From: a virus
Taxonomy: Duplodnaviria > Caudoviricetes
Reading direction: 5' to 3' (one strand)
DNA length: 64,000 nucleotides
Virus record (IMG/VR): IMGVR_UViG_3300035208_004923
Span: 128,001-192,000 of that record
Each line of letters begins with the position of its first letter. Position 1 is the stretch's first letter. The notes beneath the pieces are model-generated. The model saw only the letters and a list, made by a program, of their open reading frames with translations, ran no database searches and was not told the DNA's origin. Shown here in pieces: positions 20,888-30,488 of the stretch. The position numbers and the translations under genes are program-made.

Positions 20888-21012
20888 ATTATTTAAGTAT
20901 AAAAGTTACTTGTAGATAATGTGCGTATCATCACAATAGATACACTTTAATATGACGGTCAATGGATTTTATAGCAATTTATTTTAAGTTCATTAAAATT
21001 GCTCTAATGAAC

Positions 21013-22425
21013 TTAAATATAATCGGCAGGATTGAATGGCGCATTATCATCATCTTCATCGTCGGATTCGCCTTTGAAAACTTCAATGCCATCAATCATT
21101 TCAACTTCATCAAATAAATCTTTTGCTGCTTTATTTTTTACGCCACGTGTTAATGCAACGTCCTTCATTTTTGCAAATATTTTTTGAAGTTTTTCTGTTT
21201 CTTTTTGTGTTTCTTTTAATTCCTTTTCGATTTCTTTTATTTTTGCAACAGTTCTTTGTAATTCATCAGCACTTAAGTGTCGAAGTAATGTACTGTTTAA
21301 CCTATTAGAAATACGTTTGTCGAATTGCTCCAGAAATGTATCAATTTCTGCTTCAGTTCTTTTCTTAACCAACATGAATTCAAGATACAATTTTTTTGCT
21401 TTATTGAAAGCAAGTTCCATGTCAGTTTGTTCAAGATTATACTTTGAACGTTCAAGATTTAATTGTGCTTGACGATATTTAAAATCGTCAAGATAATCTT
21501 CAATCTTGTCATATTGAATTACAATATTATCTTTAACAAATACAGCAGTTTCAGTAACAAGAATTTTTGTTGCTTTTATAATTGCTGATTTGAATGTTGG
21601 CCAATCTTGAGCATAACCAGTGTAAACGAGTTTTAAGTTTACATTTGTTTTTGAGTTATTATCAACTTTACATTTGCCGTTATGTAATTCAATGATCTTA
21701 TCAATTTTTTCAGAAAAACTTGAAAATTTTATCAATGGCGGAATGTCTTTAATAAGAATTTCCTTTTTAACGTCGTTTGCAATTACATCACCTGAAATGA
21801 TATACGTTTTATCCATTCCTTGGAATCGTTCAACATTACCGGTGAAATTTGCAAAATATGGCATAACCTCTTTTATTTTGCCATCGTAATAATTTTGAAT
21901 ATCTTCAAGTTTTCTTGGAAGAATAGTTGTTTTATATCCAACCGCAATTCCTATGATATTGGTTACAAGACCGATAGGATATTGTAACCATAATGAATTC
22001 CAGCCACCTTCTTCATCTCGTGAATTTAATACAGCATTTTCCTTAATTATTTTTGCAAATTTAGGATTTAATTTTACTGATGTATAACGAGCAGCTGCAG
22101 CATCAGTTTTAATTGGCGAACCAAAAAATCCGTCACCTATTAATATTGATTCTGAACAACCGAAAGGTCGAGCAAGTTTATTTATTGCACCTGATAATGA
22201 TGCATCTCCATGATGGTAACCATCGCTGATACAAGATCCCGCAACAGTTAAAGTTTTTCCAAATGTTGTTCCGCTGTTTAATAAAATTAAACGTTGTACA
22301 TTTGTAAGACCGTCATACCAAGAAGGTATTCCGCGTTTCTCTAAAACGTATAATGCGTAATTTCTATAGTTAATGTCGATTTGACTCGATATCGGTAAAC
22401 GGATTATTTTTGTTCTTCTAGCCAT
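21013..22425 (-). CDS. gp52: type II topoisomerase, GyrA/ParC-like subunit (gp52)
   Basis: RGIPSWYDGL, YHHGDASL, AAARYT catalytic Tyr, GIAVGY. Confidence 0.93.
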   Translation of the reverse strand: MARRTKIIRLPISSQIDINYRNYALYVLEKRGIPSWYDGLTNVQRLILLNSGTTFGKTLTVAGSCISDGYHHGDASLSGAINKLARPFGCSESILIGDGFFGSPIKTDAAAARYTSVKLNPKFAKIIKENAVLNSRDEEGGWNSLWLQYPIGLVTNIIGIAVGYKTTILPRKLEDIQNYYDGKIKEVMPYFANFTGNVERFQGMDKTYIISGDVIANDVKKEILIKDIPPLIKFSSFSEKIDKIIELHNGKCKVDNNSKTNVNLKLVYTGYAQDWPTFKSAIIKATKILVTETAVFVKDNIVIQYDKIEDYLDDFKYRQAQLNLERSKYNLEQTDMELAFNKAKKLYLEFMLVKKRTEAEIDTFLEQFDKRISNRLNSTLLRHLSADELQRTVAKIKEIEKELKETQKETEKLQKIFAKMKDVALTRGVKNKAAKDLFDEVEMIDGIEVFKGESDDEDDDNAPFNPADYI

Positions 22426-22471
22426 ATTTTTATATTAATTTATATACACGAGATTAAATAAGTTTTATTTT

Positions 22472-22510
22472 AAAATCAAATATACAACATTTTTGCATCA
22501 ATAGCAATAG
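22472..22510 (-). promoter_or_regulatory. class 1 promoter (class 2 variant at 22442-22465)
   Basis: TTGCTA...aaatgttgTATATTTG copy. Confidence 0.75.
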
Positions 22511-22525
22511 TAATGTTGTATTTTT

Positions 22526-24367
22526 TTAAAATGTTCCTTCTAACCAACGTTTTCTGTATAATGATTTTGAATCGAATGCAACCCATAAGTATTTCGCAGC
22601 AGATCTGTCAGCATATACTCTCCATGCATCGCGATATTTCATGATGATTTCCCAATCCTCTAATGCCAATGAACCAAGTCCTTTTAAATATCGAACATTA
22701 TTGTACTTTTCAATTTTTGATTCAGCGTATTCCCCAAATTCTTTTGTTGAATAAAAGTATTTACGTTCTTTATTAACATCAACACTAACTAGTGGAGTTG
22801 ACATTAAAAATAATCGGTTTTGGTCAATTACATTAGGAAACCATTTAAAGAACAAATTCATAACAAGTGATGCAATATGGCCAACGCCGTCAGGGTCCCA
22901 GTCAGTTGCAATATAAATTTTGTCATATGAACAATTTTTATCCTCACCTGGTTTTATATCAAGAATATGCATTAGTTCAACGATTTCAAAATTACTTGTC
23001 AAATCGCGTGCAGACCTTGCATTTTTAATTTTTCCTTTAAGTGCGTAAACGCCATCAGTTTTTGCATTACGTTCTTGTAATAAAGAACCCATAGCAGAAC
23101 CTCCTTCAACAATAAATAAAGTACCTTTTCTTTCAGAAGGCGGGAAGTACTTATCAGAAACAACACGTTTCTTAACATTACGTAATTGTTTCTTTAATTC
23201 TCTACTGTCATCGGTTTTTTTGCGTTCATCAACAAGTTGTTGAATTTCTTTATAAAGTGATGTTTTCTTGAATTCCTTTGCAAAATTGCTTAAAAAATGT
23301 TTTTCAAGTATGGGTTGAATTTCCCAACGACCAGATGCAAGTTTTGTTTTATTTTGGTCACCGAAACGAACAAACTTTGGCGGAATATTGATAATCATTG
23401 CTGAACACCAAAATAACCAAGATCCTTTATAATCAAATAACTCACCCATGAATTCTTGAAGAATTGTTTGGTGCGGGCCTGTACATAATGCAGTATTTAC
23501 GAATGACGTTTGTTTGAAATAATCATCGGATGCCGCTTTCCAAATATGTAATGTTCCAATTTTTGAATTAAGTACAAATGATTCTTTAGGTAAAAATGGT
23601 TTATTAAGATCCATTGTAACACCATCCCAAGTAACAACAAATTTTAAATTTTGTGTAATTGGTTCTTGCGATTTGATGAATTCTCTAAAAATCATTTGCG
23701 CCTCAATGTATTCAAAATCCCATTTGCAATTTTTAAACATTGAAGTTAATGGTATAAAAGATATTGTGGTTCCGCATTTATCTTTTGGCGTTTTTTTGCG
23801 GATATCTTTTGTTACCGTTTTGAAGTCAACCCATTTCTGATAATAAACTTCAGAATCATTGATTGTTGTAACTTCAAATTCATTTGATAACATATTTACA
23901 ATTGACGCACCAACCCCATTTGTTCCAAGTATGGTTTCGTCAATTTCATTATTTTTGAAATTTGAACCTGCTCTTAACATTGTTAATGCAGTTTCAACAT
24001 TTGTCATTTTTGTTGTGTTAATTTTTGATGTGTTAATTTTTGAAGCATTGATAAAACCGCCTCCAGTATCTGTAACTGTTACACGATTCGTTTTAGAATC
24101 AAAATCAACTGAAATCATTGGCATTTTGCCATCTTGACGTTTAGCTTCATCGAAAGCATTATCAACGATTTCATTTAAAAGTTTGTAAAAGCCTATTGAA
24201 ATAACTTTTTTCTTACTGATTATAATACCGTCAGTAATAACCCTAACATCTTCCTCATTTTCTTCAACAGATCCGATGTACATTGTTGGTTTTAACCTAA
24301 CGTGTTCAACATCGGATAATGCAACAATTTCTTTATTGGGTTGGGTTTTTAAATTTTCTTTTGCCAT
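22526..24367 (-). CDS. type II topoisomerase, GyrB/ParE-like subunit (gp39+gp60 fused)
   Basis: EIVDNAFDE, GTNGVG, VEGGSA, LKGK, TDWDPDG TOPRIM, YLKGLGS. Confidence 0.93.
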   Translation of the reverse strand: MAKENLKTQPNKEIVALSDVEHVRLKPTMYIGSVEENEEDVRVITDGIIISKKKVISIGFYKLLNEIVDNAFDEAKRQDGKMPMISVDFDSKTNRVTVTDTGGGFINASKINTSKINTTKMTNVETALTMLRAGSNFKNNEIDETILGTNGVGASIVNMLSNEFEVTTINDSEVYYQKWVDFKTVTKDIRKKTPKDKCGTTISFIPLTSMFKNCKWDFEYIEAQMIFREFIKSQEPITQNLKFVVTWDGVTMDLNKPFLPKESFVLNSKIGTLHIWKAASDDYFKQTSFVNTALCTGPHQTILQEFMGELFDYKGSWLFWCSAMIINIPPKFVRFGDQNKTKLASGRWEIQPILEKHFLSNFAKEFKKTSLYKEIQQLVDERKKTDDSRELKKQLRNVKKRVVSDKYFPPSERKGTLFIVEGGSAMGSLLQERNAKTDGVYALKGKIKNARSARDLTSNFEIVELMHILDIKPGEDKNCSYDKIYIATDWDPDGVGHIASLVMNLFFKWFPNVIDQNRLFLMSTPLVSVDVNKERKYFYSTKEFGEYAESKIEKYNNVRYLKGLGSLALEDWEIIMKYRDAWRVYADRSAAKYLWVAFDSKSLYRKRWLEGTF

Positions 24368-24389
24368 GTAATATTTTTTTTATCAATTT

Positions 24390-24428
24390 AAAATCAAATA
24401 TACAACATTATTGCTTCAATAGCAATAG
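24390..24428 (-). promoter_or_regulatory. class 1 promoter (class 2 motif at 24460-24483)
   Basis: TTGCTA...aatgttgTATATTTG copy. Confidence 0.75.
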
Positions 24429-24499
24429 TTTTGTGCATTATTTTAAATTTGTTTGAATTATATTCATCAACAGAAATTAGTTTCATTAATGAACTTTTG

Positions 24500-24570
24500 T
24501 TTTGTATATAGTTGTATATACAAAGTTATAATAAGTTGACATAATGTCTTTAGAATGATATCTGAATCAT
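24500..24570 (+). repeat. dispersed ~60 bp element, copy 2
   Basis: TTTGTATATAGTTGTATATACAAAGTTATAATAAGTT...TGAATCAT. Confidence 0.55.
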
Positions 24571-24929
24571 TATTTTTGTTCTGTATTGCAACCGTGGATT
24601 TCGGCGTATCTTAAACCTGAAAGTAATCCATAAAAGTACGCATATATGTAACTTTTTGAAACATATCCTGAAATACTTGACCCGCCTTCAGTTGCAAAAT
24701 TTACAACTTGTACTTCGGGTAAATTAGAAGCAACGTACAAATCATATCGTACAACGTATTCATTTACACGTCTTAAACCTTTCCATACTTTGACCGGAAA
24801 CTTACGTTCGTTTAAATAATGACGGTTACCAAACTTTTGTCTGACTTCTTGAAATAATTCATTTAATTCTTCATCTTCAACAGATGCAAACTTTGTATAT
24901 TCGTATTCGTGTAAATATGTGCACATCAT
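24570..24929 (-). CDS. hypothetical protein
   Basis: 119 aa ORF. Confidence 0.6.
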   Translation of the reverse strand: MMCTYLHEYEYTKFASVEDEELNELFQEVRQKFGNRHYLNERKFPVKVWKGLRRVNEYVVRYDLYVASNLPEVQVVNFATEGGSSISGYVSKSYIYAYFYGLLSGLRYAEIHGCNTEQK

Positions 24930-25336
24930 ATATTATTCTGTTTTAAAAGTGTTTTTGTTTCGATTATATACGCATTGATTAATGCTTGATTTTCCCAACC
25001 TTTAAATTTTGGATTTCTTTCGATTTGAAACAAATAATCTAAACATTCTTTATTGCCTACTTGTAATTCTAATGATTTTAAAATTGTTGTCATACCGCTG
25101 TCTTCAAGTAATTTTTTTGCGGCTTCTCTTGCTTTCATAAATTCAACAGTAGGATCTCCAACATCGCCAGGATTTAAAATTGAACGTTGCACAAGAGCAT
25201 GCATCATCTCATTTGTGTATCCGTCTACGTATGCTTGTTTTTGACTATCTGGGATTGATTCTTGAGATTCCCAATTATATCGAACTGTTCCTATTGCATT
25301 CGGCAATAACATTAAAAATTCATTCATCATCACCAA
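24926..25336 (-). CDS. hypothetical protein
   Basis: ~134 aa ORF overlapping neighbours. Confidence 0.6.
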   Translation of the reverse strand: MVMMNEFLMLLPNAIGTVRYNWESQESIPDSQKQAYVDGYTNEMMHALVQRSILNPGDVGDPTVEFMKAREAAKKLLEDSGMTTILKSLELQVGNKECLDYLFQIERNPKFKGWENQALINAYIIETKTLLKQNNI

Positions 25337-25521
25337 TTAAACATTCCCATTTTTGATGCTTTAGCGTACTTAACCATAGCATCTAATAAAATATCAGCAG
25401 CAACATTATTATCTTTTTCTTGTTTTATTTGTTCAACTAATTTTAATCGTTGTTCTAATAAACTTTTTCTTTGTTTTTCCATTGCGTCTGCATGTGGATC
25501 ATCAGTTATCTTTTGCGACAT
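25330..25521 (-). CDS. hypothetical protein
   Basis: Likely start MSQKITDD at 25521. Confidence 0.55.
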   Translation of the reverse strand: MSQKITDDPHADAMEKQRKSLLEQRLKLVEQIKQEKDNNVAADILLDAMVKYAKASKMGMFNW

Positions 25522-25525
25522 TTTA

Positions 25526-25786
25526 TTATTTTTTTGCTTTTTGTAAACTGTCTTCGATTGTAAGCAGACGTGATAATTCAATAGATATCTTGCCTGTCGA
25601 ATCATACTTCAATTGATGCGTTTCATTTAAATACATAATTGCCGCTGTTCTGCCGTAGTTCTTTCCTTGCTCAACATATGTTATACTGTCGATATCTTTA
25701 AATTGTGTTGATGCATTCAATGAATCTTCCGAATTACAAGACAATAAAGAAATTCCTGCGAGTAATATTAAAGTAATTTTTTTCAT
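25526..25786 (-). CDS. putative lipoprotein
   Basis: MKKITLILLAGISLLSC lipobox followed by NSED. Confidence 0.6.
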   Translation of the reverse strand: MKKITLILLAGISLLSCNSEDSLNASTQFKDIDSITYVEQGKNYGRTAAIMYLNETHQLKYDSTGKISIELSRLLTIEDSLQKAKK

Positions 25787-25791
25787 ATCAA

Positions 25792-27789
25792 TTAAAATAA
25801 AGATTTAACATTTGATTTTGTAGCAATTTTTGCAGGTTTTACGTTAGGTGTAATTGCAACAACTTGTGGAGCAATTAATAAACCGTTTGGACGGTAACCG
25901 TTACAAAATTTATCAAGAAATTGTTCATACGATAAAACTTCAATTGAACCAGGATTTTTTGCATTTATTTTTGCAGCATTTGCCATTTTTCCAGTTGTAG
26001 AGTTTAAATCATCAGTAACAAGTACTTTTGAATTTGCAAGTTTTTCATGAATAAAACCGAATGTTTTTGCAATATCCATGAATGTATCTTTTGAATCAAA
26101 ACCAGCACCTTTAGGTGAACCGGTCATTTCAACACCGATTTTATTTGATAAATCTTCTGGCATTTTAATATCAATGAATTGCATTAATTCGCCGATAGCA
26201 TTATCAAGTTTTATACGTTTTGGTTGTCCTTTTTCAAAACCTTCAACAATCGTTTTTTGTAAACCTGAGAAATTGTAATCAACACCGGCAACAAGATTTG
26301 CAACTTGTTTCGATGTAGTTGTTCCCATACCTTGGTATCCTAACATTAAAATTAATTTTTGTAAAGGTAATTCCTTAGTATTTTCAATTTCTGAGAAAAG
26401 ATTATCAACGATTTTGCCGTCAGTAACAATTCCTTTAGAAATTAATGTTTGTTTGTTGAATTTTGTTGGATTTAATAAATCAATTGCTTCAGTAAAACCT
26501 GAGTTAAAAATATCTTCAATCATTGAACCCCCAACTCCAAATAAATCAAGCATTGCAACACCTTGAGAAAACATTGCCTTTTTGATTCCAGAGCAATCAG
26601 AGTTTTTACACATTAAATGTACATCTTCAATTACAAGTTTTGATTTGCAATGTGGGCAATGTGTTGGTGCATTAAATTTTGATTCATCACCAGGTGCGGT
26701 TACAGCAACAACTTGAGGAATAATATCTCCAGCTTTAACGATTGTACAAATTGCGCCAGGGAAAACTTTATTTTTAATTACGAATCCGTAATTGTAAAGT
26801 GAAGCACGTTTAACAATTGTACCGTCTAAATCGACAGGTTCAAATATACCGACTGGAATCATTTCCCCAGTTTTTCCGAAATTCCATTGCAATGTTTCAT
26901 TTGGAGTTGAGACGTCTTTTGGAGCAAATTTAATTGCAATCGCCCAGTTAGGATCGTGTGAGTTTTCGCCGAATTGTTCTCTATATTTTTCTGCAACTTT
27001 GATAACGAAACCGTCAAGTAAAAATGGAGCACGATTTTCGCGATAATCCTTCATTTTATAAAAAGATTTTTCAAAGTCAGAATAATGAACCCAATATTTT
27101 TCTAATGGATATTGTTTATTGAATCCCCAATCTGTTAAGCAATCAATATTCATATATTCAACAATACCGTCATCATGTTTTTTGATTTCAACCGCCATGA
27201 ATACGATATCTTTTAAACGAGATTTAGTTGCAGGTGTTACATCTTTTGCAAGAATTCCAGCAACAAGATTTCGCTCATTTGCAAATTCTGCAGCATATTT
27301 TTTATTGAATATTGCTCTTGGCATAACAATTTCGCCACGAATTTCAACAGTTGAAAGACAAGGAATGGTTTTTGGTAATTGGTCGAATAATTTATCAGTA
27401 ATATCACGACCTTTTGTTCCGTTTCCTCTGGAAAGAGCAAGATGAAGTTTTCCTTTTTTGTAAATGATATTACCGGCGTTCCCATCCAGTTTTGGAGTCC
27501 ATTCAAAGTGTTCCTGTTTACCGACGATATGTTGTTTCATCCAATCAATTGCATTTGCAATTGGTGGTTGCCCTGTTAATTTATCAGTCTGATATTTTGA
27601 TAACGATAACATCGGACTTATGTGTGGAAATTTTAAATTACGATCGTCAAAACCAACAATTTCAATAACATTTGAACCTTCATTTTTCAATTCAAGTTCA
27701 AGACGGTCAAATTCAGCATCAGTTAAAATTGGTTCACCTTGATAGTATTTTTCTTTTGCGTTTAAGTATAATTTTTCTTTAGTATTCAT
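25792..27789 (-). CDS. ligA: NAD-dependent DNA ligase
   Basis: YYQGEP..TDAEFD (domain Ia), PMLSL, PKLDG, SRGNG, EIRGE, CPHC zinc finger, BRCT-like tail. Confidence 0.95.
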   Translation of the reverse strand: MNTKEKLYLNAKEKYYQGEPILTDAEFDRLELELKNEGSNVIEIVGFDDRNLKFPHISPMLSLSKYQTDKLTGQPPIANAIDWMKQHIVGKQEHFEWTPKLDGNAGNIIYKKGKLHLALSRGNGTKGRDITDKLFDQLPKTIPCLSTVEIRGEIVMPRAIFNKKYAAEFANERNLVAGILAKDVTPATKSRLKDIVFMAVEIKKHDDGIVEYMNIDCLTDWGFNKQYPLEKYWVHYSDFEKSFYKMKDYRENRAPFLLDGFVIKVAEKYREQFGENSHDPNWAIAIKFAPKDVSTPNETLQWNFGKTGEMIPVGIFEPVDLDGTIVKRASLYNYGFVIKNKVFPGAICTIVKAGDIIPQVVAVTAPGDESKFNAPTHCPHCKSKLVIEDVHLMCKNSDCSGIKKAMFSQGVAMLDLFGVGGSMIEDIFNSGFTEAIDLLNPTKFNKQTLISKGIVTDGKIVDNLFSEIENTKELPLQKLILMLGYQGMGTTTSKQVANLVAGVDYNFSGLQKTIVEGFEKGQPKRIKLDNAIGELMQFIDIKMPEDLSNKIGVEMTGSPKGAGFDSKDTFMDIAKTFGFIHEKLANSKVLVTDDLNSTTGKMANAAKINAKNPGSIEVLSYEQFLDKFCNGYRPNGLLIAPQVVAITPNVKPAKIATKSNVKSLF

Positions 27790-27818
27790 ATGTTTAAATT
27801 TTAAATTATCAATTGTTA

Positions 27819-27857
27819 AAAATCAAATATACAACATTTTGTATGCAGTAGCAATGG
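27819..27857 (-). promoter_or_regulatory. class 1 promoter
   Basis: TTGCTA...aaatgttgTATATTTG copy upstream of ligase. Confidence 0.75.
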
Positions 27858-27866
27858 TTTTACATA

Positions 27867-28637
27867 TTATTTTTCATATATCTCAAAAATAAATTTAAAA
27901 CCTTGAATTAAACATGCATCCTCTTTTGCTATGTTTTTTTCTTTATGCAATTCATATGTGTATTTACTTTTAACTTCTACTATTGTATTTGTTGATTTGA
28001 TGTAAAAATCTGGAAAGTATCGTCTTTCCTTACCATTGTATTTGTAATAAATTTTAAATTCGATATCTTTTCCTATAATGATATCGTTTTCATCATAATC
28101 AAGTAATAACCTAGATAAAATTTGTGGTTCATAGCCTTGTAGTTTTACAATTCTACCAGATGGCATTTCAAAATCTTTATATGTAAAACATTGTTTTAGC
28201 CATAACTTTGAATATGAATCTGTTTTCCATTTTGCAATCATTAAATCTGACCGCCATTCTTTCATTTCTGTTGTGTTTAAACTTTCCTTTATTTTGATTG
28301 AAATTTCAACTTTTTTTACAGGGTCAGCCCACATTTTTATACTGTTTGCTGTTATTTTATTTCGTGTTTCATCTGATGAATTAAAAGTATTTTGCCACGA
28401 ATCAATAACTTTTTCTTTATGCCCAGGTTTACGCCATAATTCTTTTGTTGTTTCTGCACACTTATTTTTGTATTCGGCGGAATGCACAGTTGCGAAATAT
28501 GCATTTCGATACTCTTCGCTCTCCCATCTTTTTTTATTGCGTAAAATTGATGCGCATCTTCTAGAACAACATATTTGATTTCTTGTTTGCGTGAATATGC
28601 ATTTGCAGTATTCACATATTTTTTCTTTGTTATGCAT
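27867..28637 (-). CDS. putative free-standing homing endonuclease (PD-(D/E)xK)
   Basis: N-terminal CxxC...CCS..C, basic W-containing helical repeats, C-terminal YFPDFY...IVEVKS. Confidence 0.65.
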   Translation of the reverse strand: MHNKEKICEYCKCIFTQTRNQICCSRRCASILRNKKRWESEEYRNAYFATVHSAEYKNKCAETTKELWRKPGHKEKVIDSWQNTFNSSDETRNKITANSIKMWADPVKKVEISIKIKESLNTTEMKEWRSDLMIAKWKTDSYSKLWLKQCFTYKDFEMPSGRIVKLQGYEPQILSRLLLDYDENDIIIGKDIEFKIYYKYNGKERRYFPDFYIKSTNTIVEVKSKYTYELHKEKNIAKEDACLIQGFKFIFEIYEK

Positions 28638-28805
28638 ACTTTGTTTTAGATTATATATTTAAGTCTGCATTCAAAGATTAATCAAATATATGCAATGCAT
28701 TAGTTACAACATTTATGATGCATTAGCAATAGATTATGCATTTATTTTCAATTTCGGATATAATTTTATTTTTATTATATACACAAAATGACTTTAGTTT
28801 CACAT

Positions 28806-28833
28806 AAAAAAACCTGCAAATTAGCAGGTTTTG
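28806..28833 (-). terminator. rho-independent terminator
   Basis: AAAACCTGC-taattt-GCAGGTTTTTTT. Confidence 0.75.
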
Positions 28834-28836
28834 ATT

Positions 28837-29199
28837 TTAGTTATTATATTTTGCATTTACTTTTTTCAAATGTTCGTCCCGCATTGTAATCATATTGCTG
28901 TCCAGCGTAAATAATTTTTCCCATGCGTCTGATAGTTTTTCTCCAAGTTTGTTCATTTCATGGTCAGTAGAAGGATCGTTACCATCTGTTAAAAAAATTG
29001 CAGCAAGTTCTTTATTTGTATCGCTATTTGCCGCAAGCGCTGTTACTCTTCCCCATTGTTCTATTTCAAAAATACCGATATGATTATAATATTTTGATTT
29101 TCGAAAATCTTTCAAGATTTCTTTAATTGGTCGTACAGTTTTTATTTTGTTCGATGATTCATTTATAAAGTCATCTAGACTAGGTATTCTTTTTTCCAT
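28837..29199 (-). CDS. tagged putative internal head protein
   Basis: N-terminus MEKRIPSLDDFINE. Confidence 0.55.
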   Translation of the reverse strand: MEKRIPSLDDFINESSNKIKTVRPIKEILKDFRKSKYYNHIGIFEIEQWGRVTALAANSDTNKELAAIFLTDGNDPSTDHEMNKLGEKLSDAWEKLFTLDSNMITMRDEHLKKVNAKYNN

Positions 29200-29208
29200 T
29201 TAAGTATT

Positions 29209-30030
29209 TTATTTTATAGAGTACAATGTAAATCTAAATCTACCAGTTTGTTTTTGAAACGCGCGTACTGGTACTTCAGCACCTCGTCTACTTGAATATG
29301 CAACAAAATCTTTATACGTTGCAGGTATAAGAGCAACTATTTCAACTTCGTTAGTAATTAATTTATGCGTTTGGTCATCTACTATTTTGAATTTATCACC
29401 GACTTTAAATCCTTCTGCAGACCATAACATCATTGACCCACCGTTTGTTGCGCCAAGTACACCATTTGGATAGTCATATATTGACCAACCGTGGCCCGTC
29501 TTTCCAGTTGCTGGTGCAATTTCGCCGGCTTTTATCACGTATAGCGTTTGAAGTCCTTCTTTATCTTTAACAAATTTAGAAATTTGTTCTTCGTATGTTT
29601 TGAATAAGAAATTCAGTAATTCAATAAAACCTGCAACTTTATCATCAGCTTCTATGCAATACTGAAGTTGTTGTGATTTCTTAATATTAAAATACAATGT
29701 ATTCATATTTACAGAAGCAGACATATCAAATTTATTATCGTATGTTGAAATAGTAACTCTGGCGTCATGTGAGCCATTCACATTTAAAACTAGTTCTGCG
29801 TTATTTGTATTTGTGTTTTCGATAAATGTAAAAAATCTTGATACGTCACCCCAATATTCCATATCTTTGAACGTAAAATTTGCATCCTTTATTTTATACG
29901 ACCATGATTTTAATGCCTTCACGCTATTTGCATTTGCATTATACTGCTTAATGTTAGCAGGCGATAAATCTTTCTTTTCATTTATTGATTCAAATAAGAA
30001 TTCATCAAAATTAGGTATTCTGTTTTTCAT
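29209..30030 (-). CDS. tagged putative internal head protein
   Basis: N-terminus MKNRIPNFDEFLFESINE. Confidence 0.55.
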   Translation of the reverse strand: MKNRIPNFDEFLFESINEKKDLSPANIKQYNANANSVKALKSWSYKIKDANFTFKDMEYWGDVSRFFTFIENTNTNNAELVLNVNGSHDARVTISTYDNKFDMSASVNMNTLYFNIKKSQQLQYCIEADDKVAGFIELLNFLFKTYEEQISKFVKDKEGLQTLYVIKAGEIAPATGKTGHGWSIYDYPNGVLGATNGGSMMLWSAEGFKVGDKFKIVDDQTHKLITNEVEIVALIPATYKDFVAYSSRRGAEVPVRAFQKQTGRFRFTLYSIK

Positions 30031-30039
30031 TTTTGCCTT

Positions 30040-30474
30040 TTATTTTAAAAGTTTGTTTTTGTTTATTTTGTATCTTCCATCTTCGCCGTAAAAGAGCGCA
30101 GACACTAACACAAGAGGTGTTGATTCACCCCATTGCTCAAGAACATTTATAAATTCGTCAGGCTTCATGTTCATTGTATTACTACCTTCAGAAATACGTG
30201 CAAAATCATTTGCACTTGTACTTGGTACAGGCGCACCAATTCTAAAGTATGTTTCTAATTTAAACGTTCTGTTATCAGATGTTGTAATTTCCAAATTGTA
30301 CTCCTCTTCCGTATATACGCCGTTAACAGCAGTAACTGTTATCGCAGGTTTTATTTGAAATTTGTCTGCTGCTTTTGTAAATGAACCTGCCCACTTTAAA
30401 TTGTCAGGATCTTCTAATGAATATTTTGCCTCGTTAATCAAAAAATCATTTAATGATGGTATTCTTTGTATCAT
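30040..30474 (-). CDS. tagged putative internal head protein
   Basis: N-terminus MIQRIPSLNDFLINE. Confidence 0.55.
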   Translation of the reverse strand: MIQRIPSLNDFLINEAKYSLEDPDNLKWAGSFTKAADKFQIKPAITVTAVNGVYTEEEYNLEITTSDNRTFKLETYFRIGAPVPSTSANDFARISEGSNTMNMKPDEFINVLEQWGESTPLVLVSALFYGEDGRYKINKNKLLK

Positions 30475-30488
30475 GTTTACTTTATTTT

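Noticed and set aside
20888-21012. tRNA or other known ncRNA in larger intergenic gaps
   Set aside because: No cloverleaf or T-loop consensus seen; only an AT-rich hairpin near 20985-21015.
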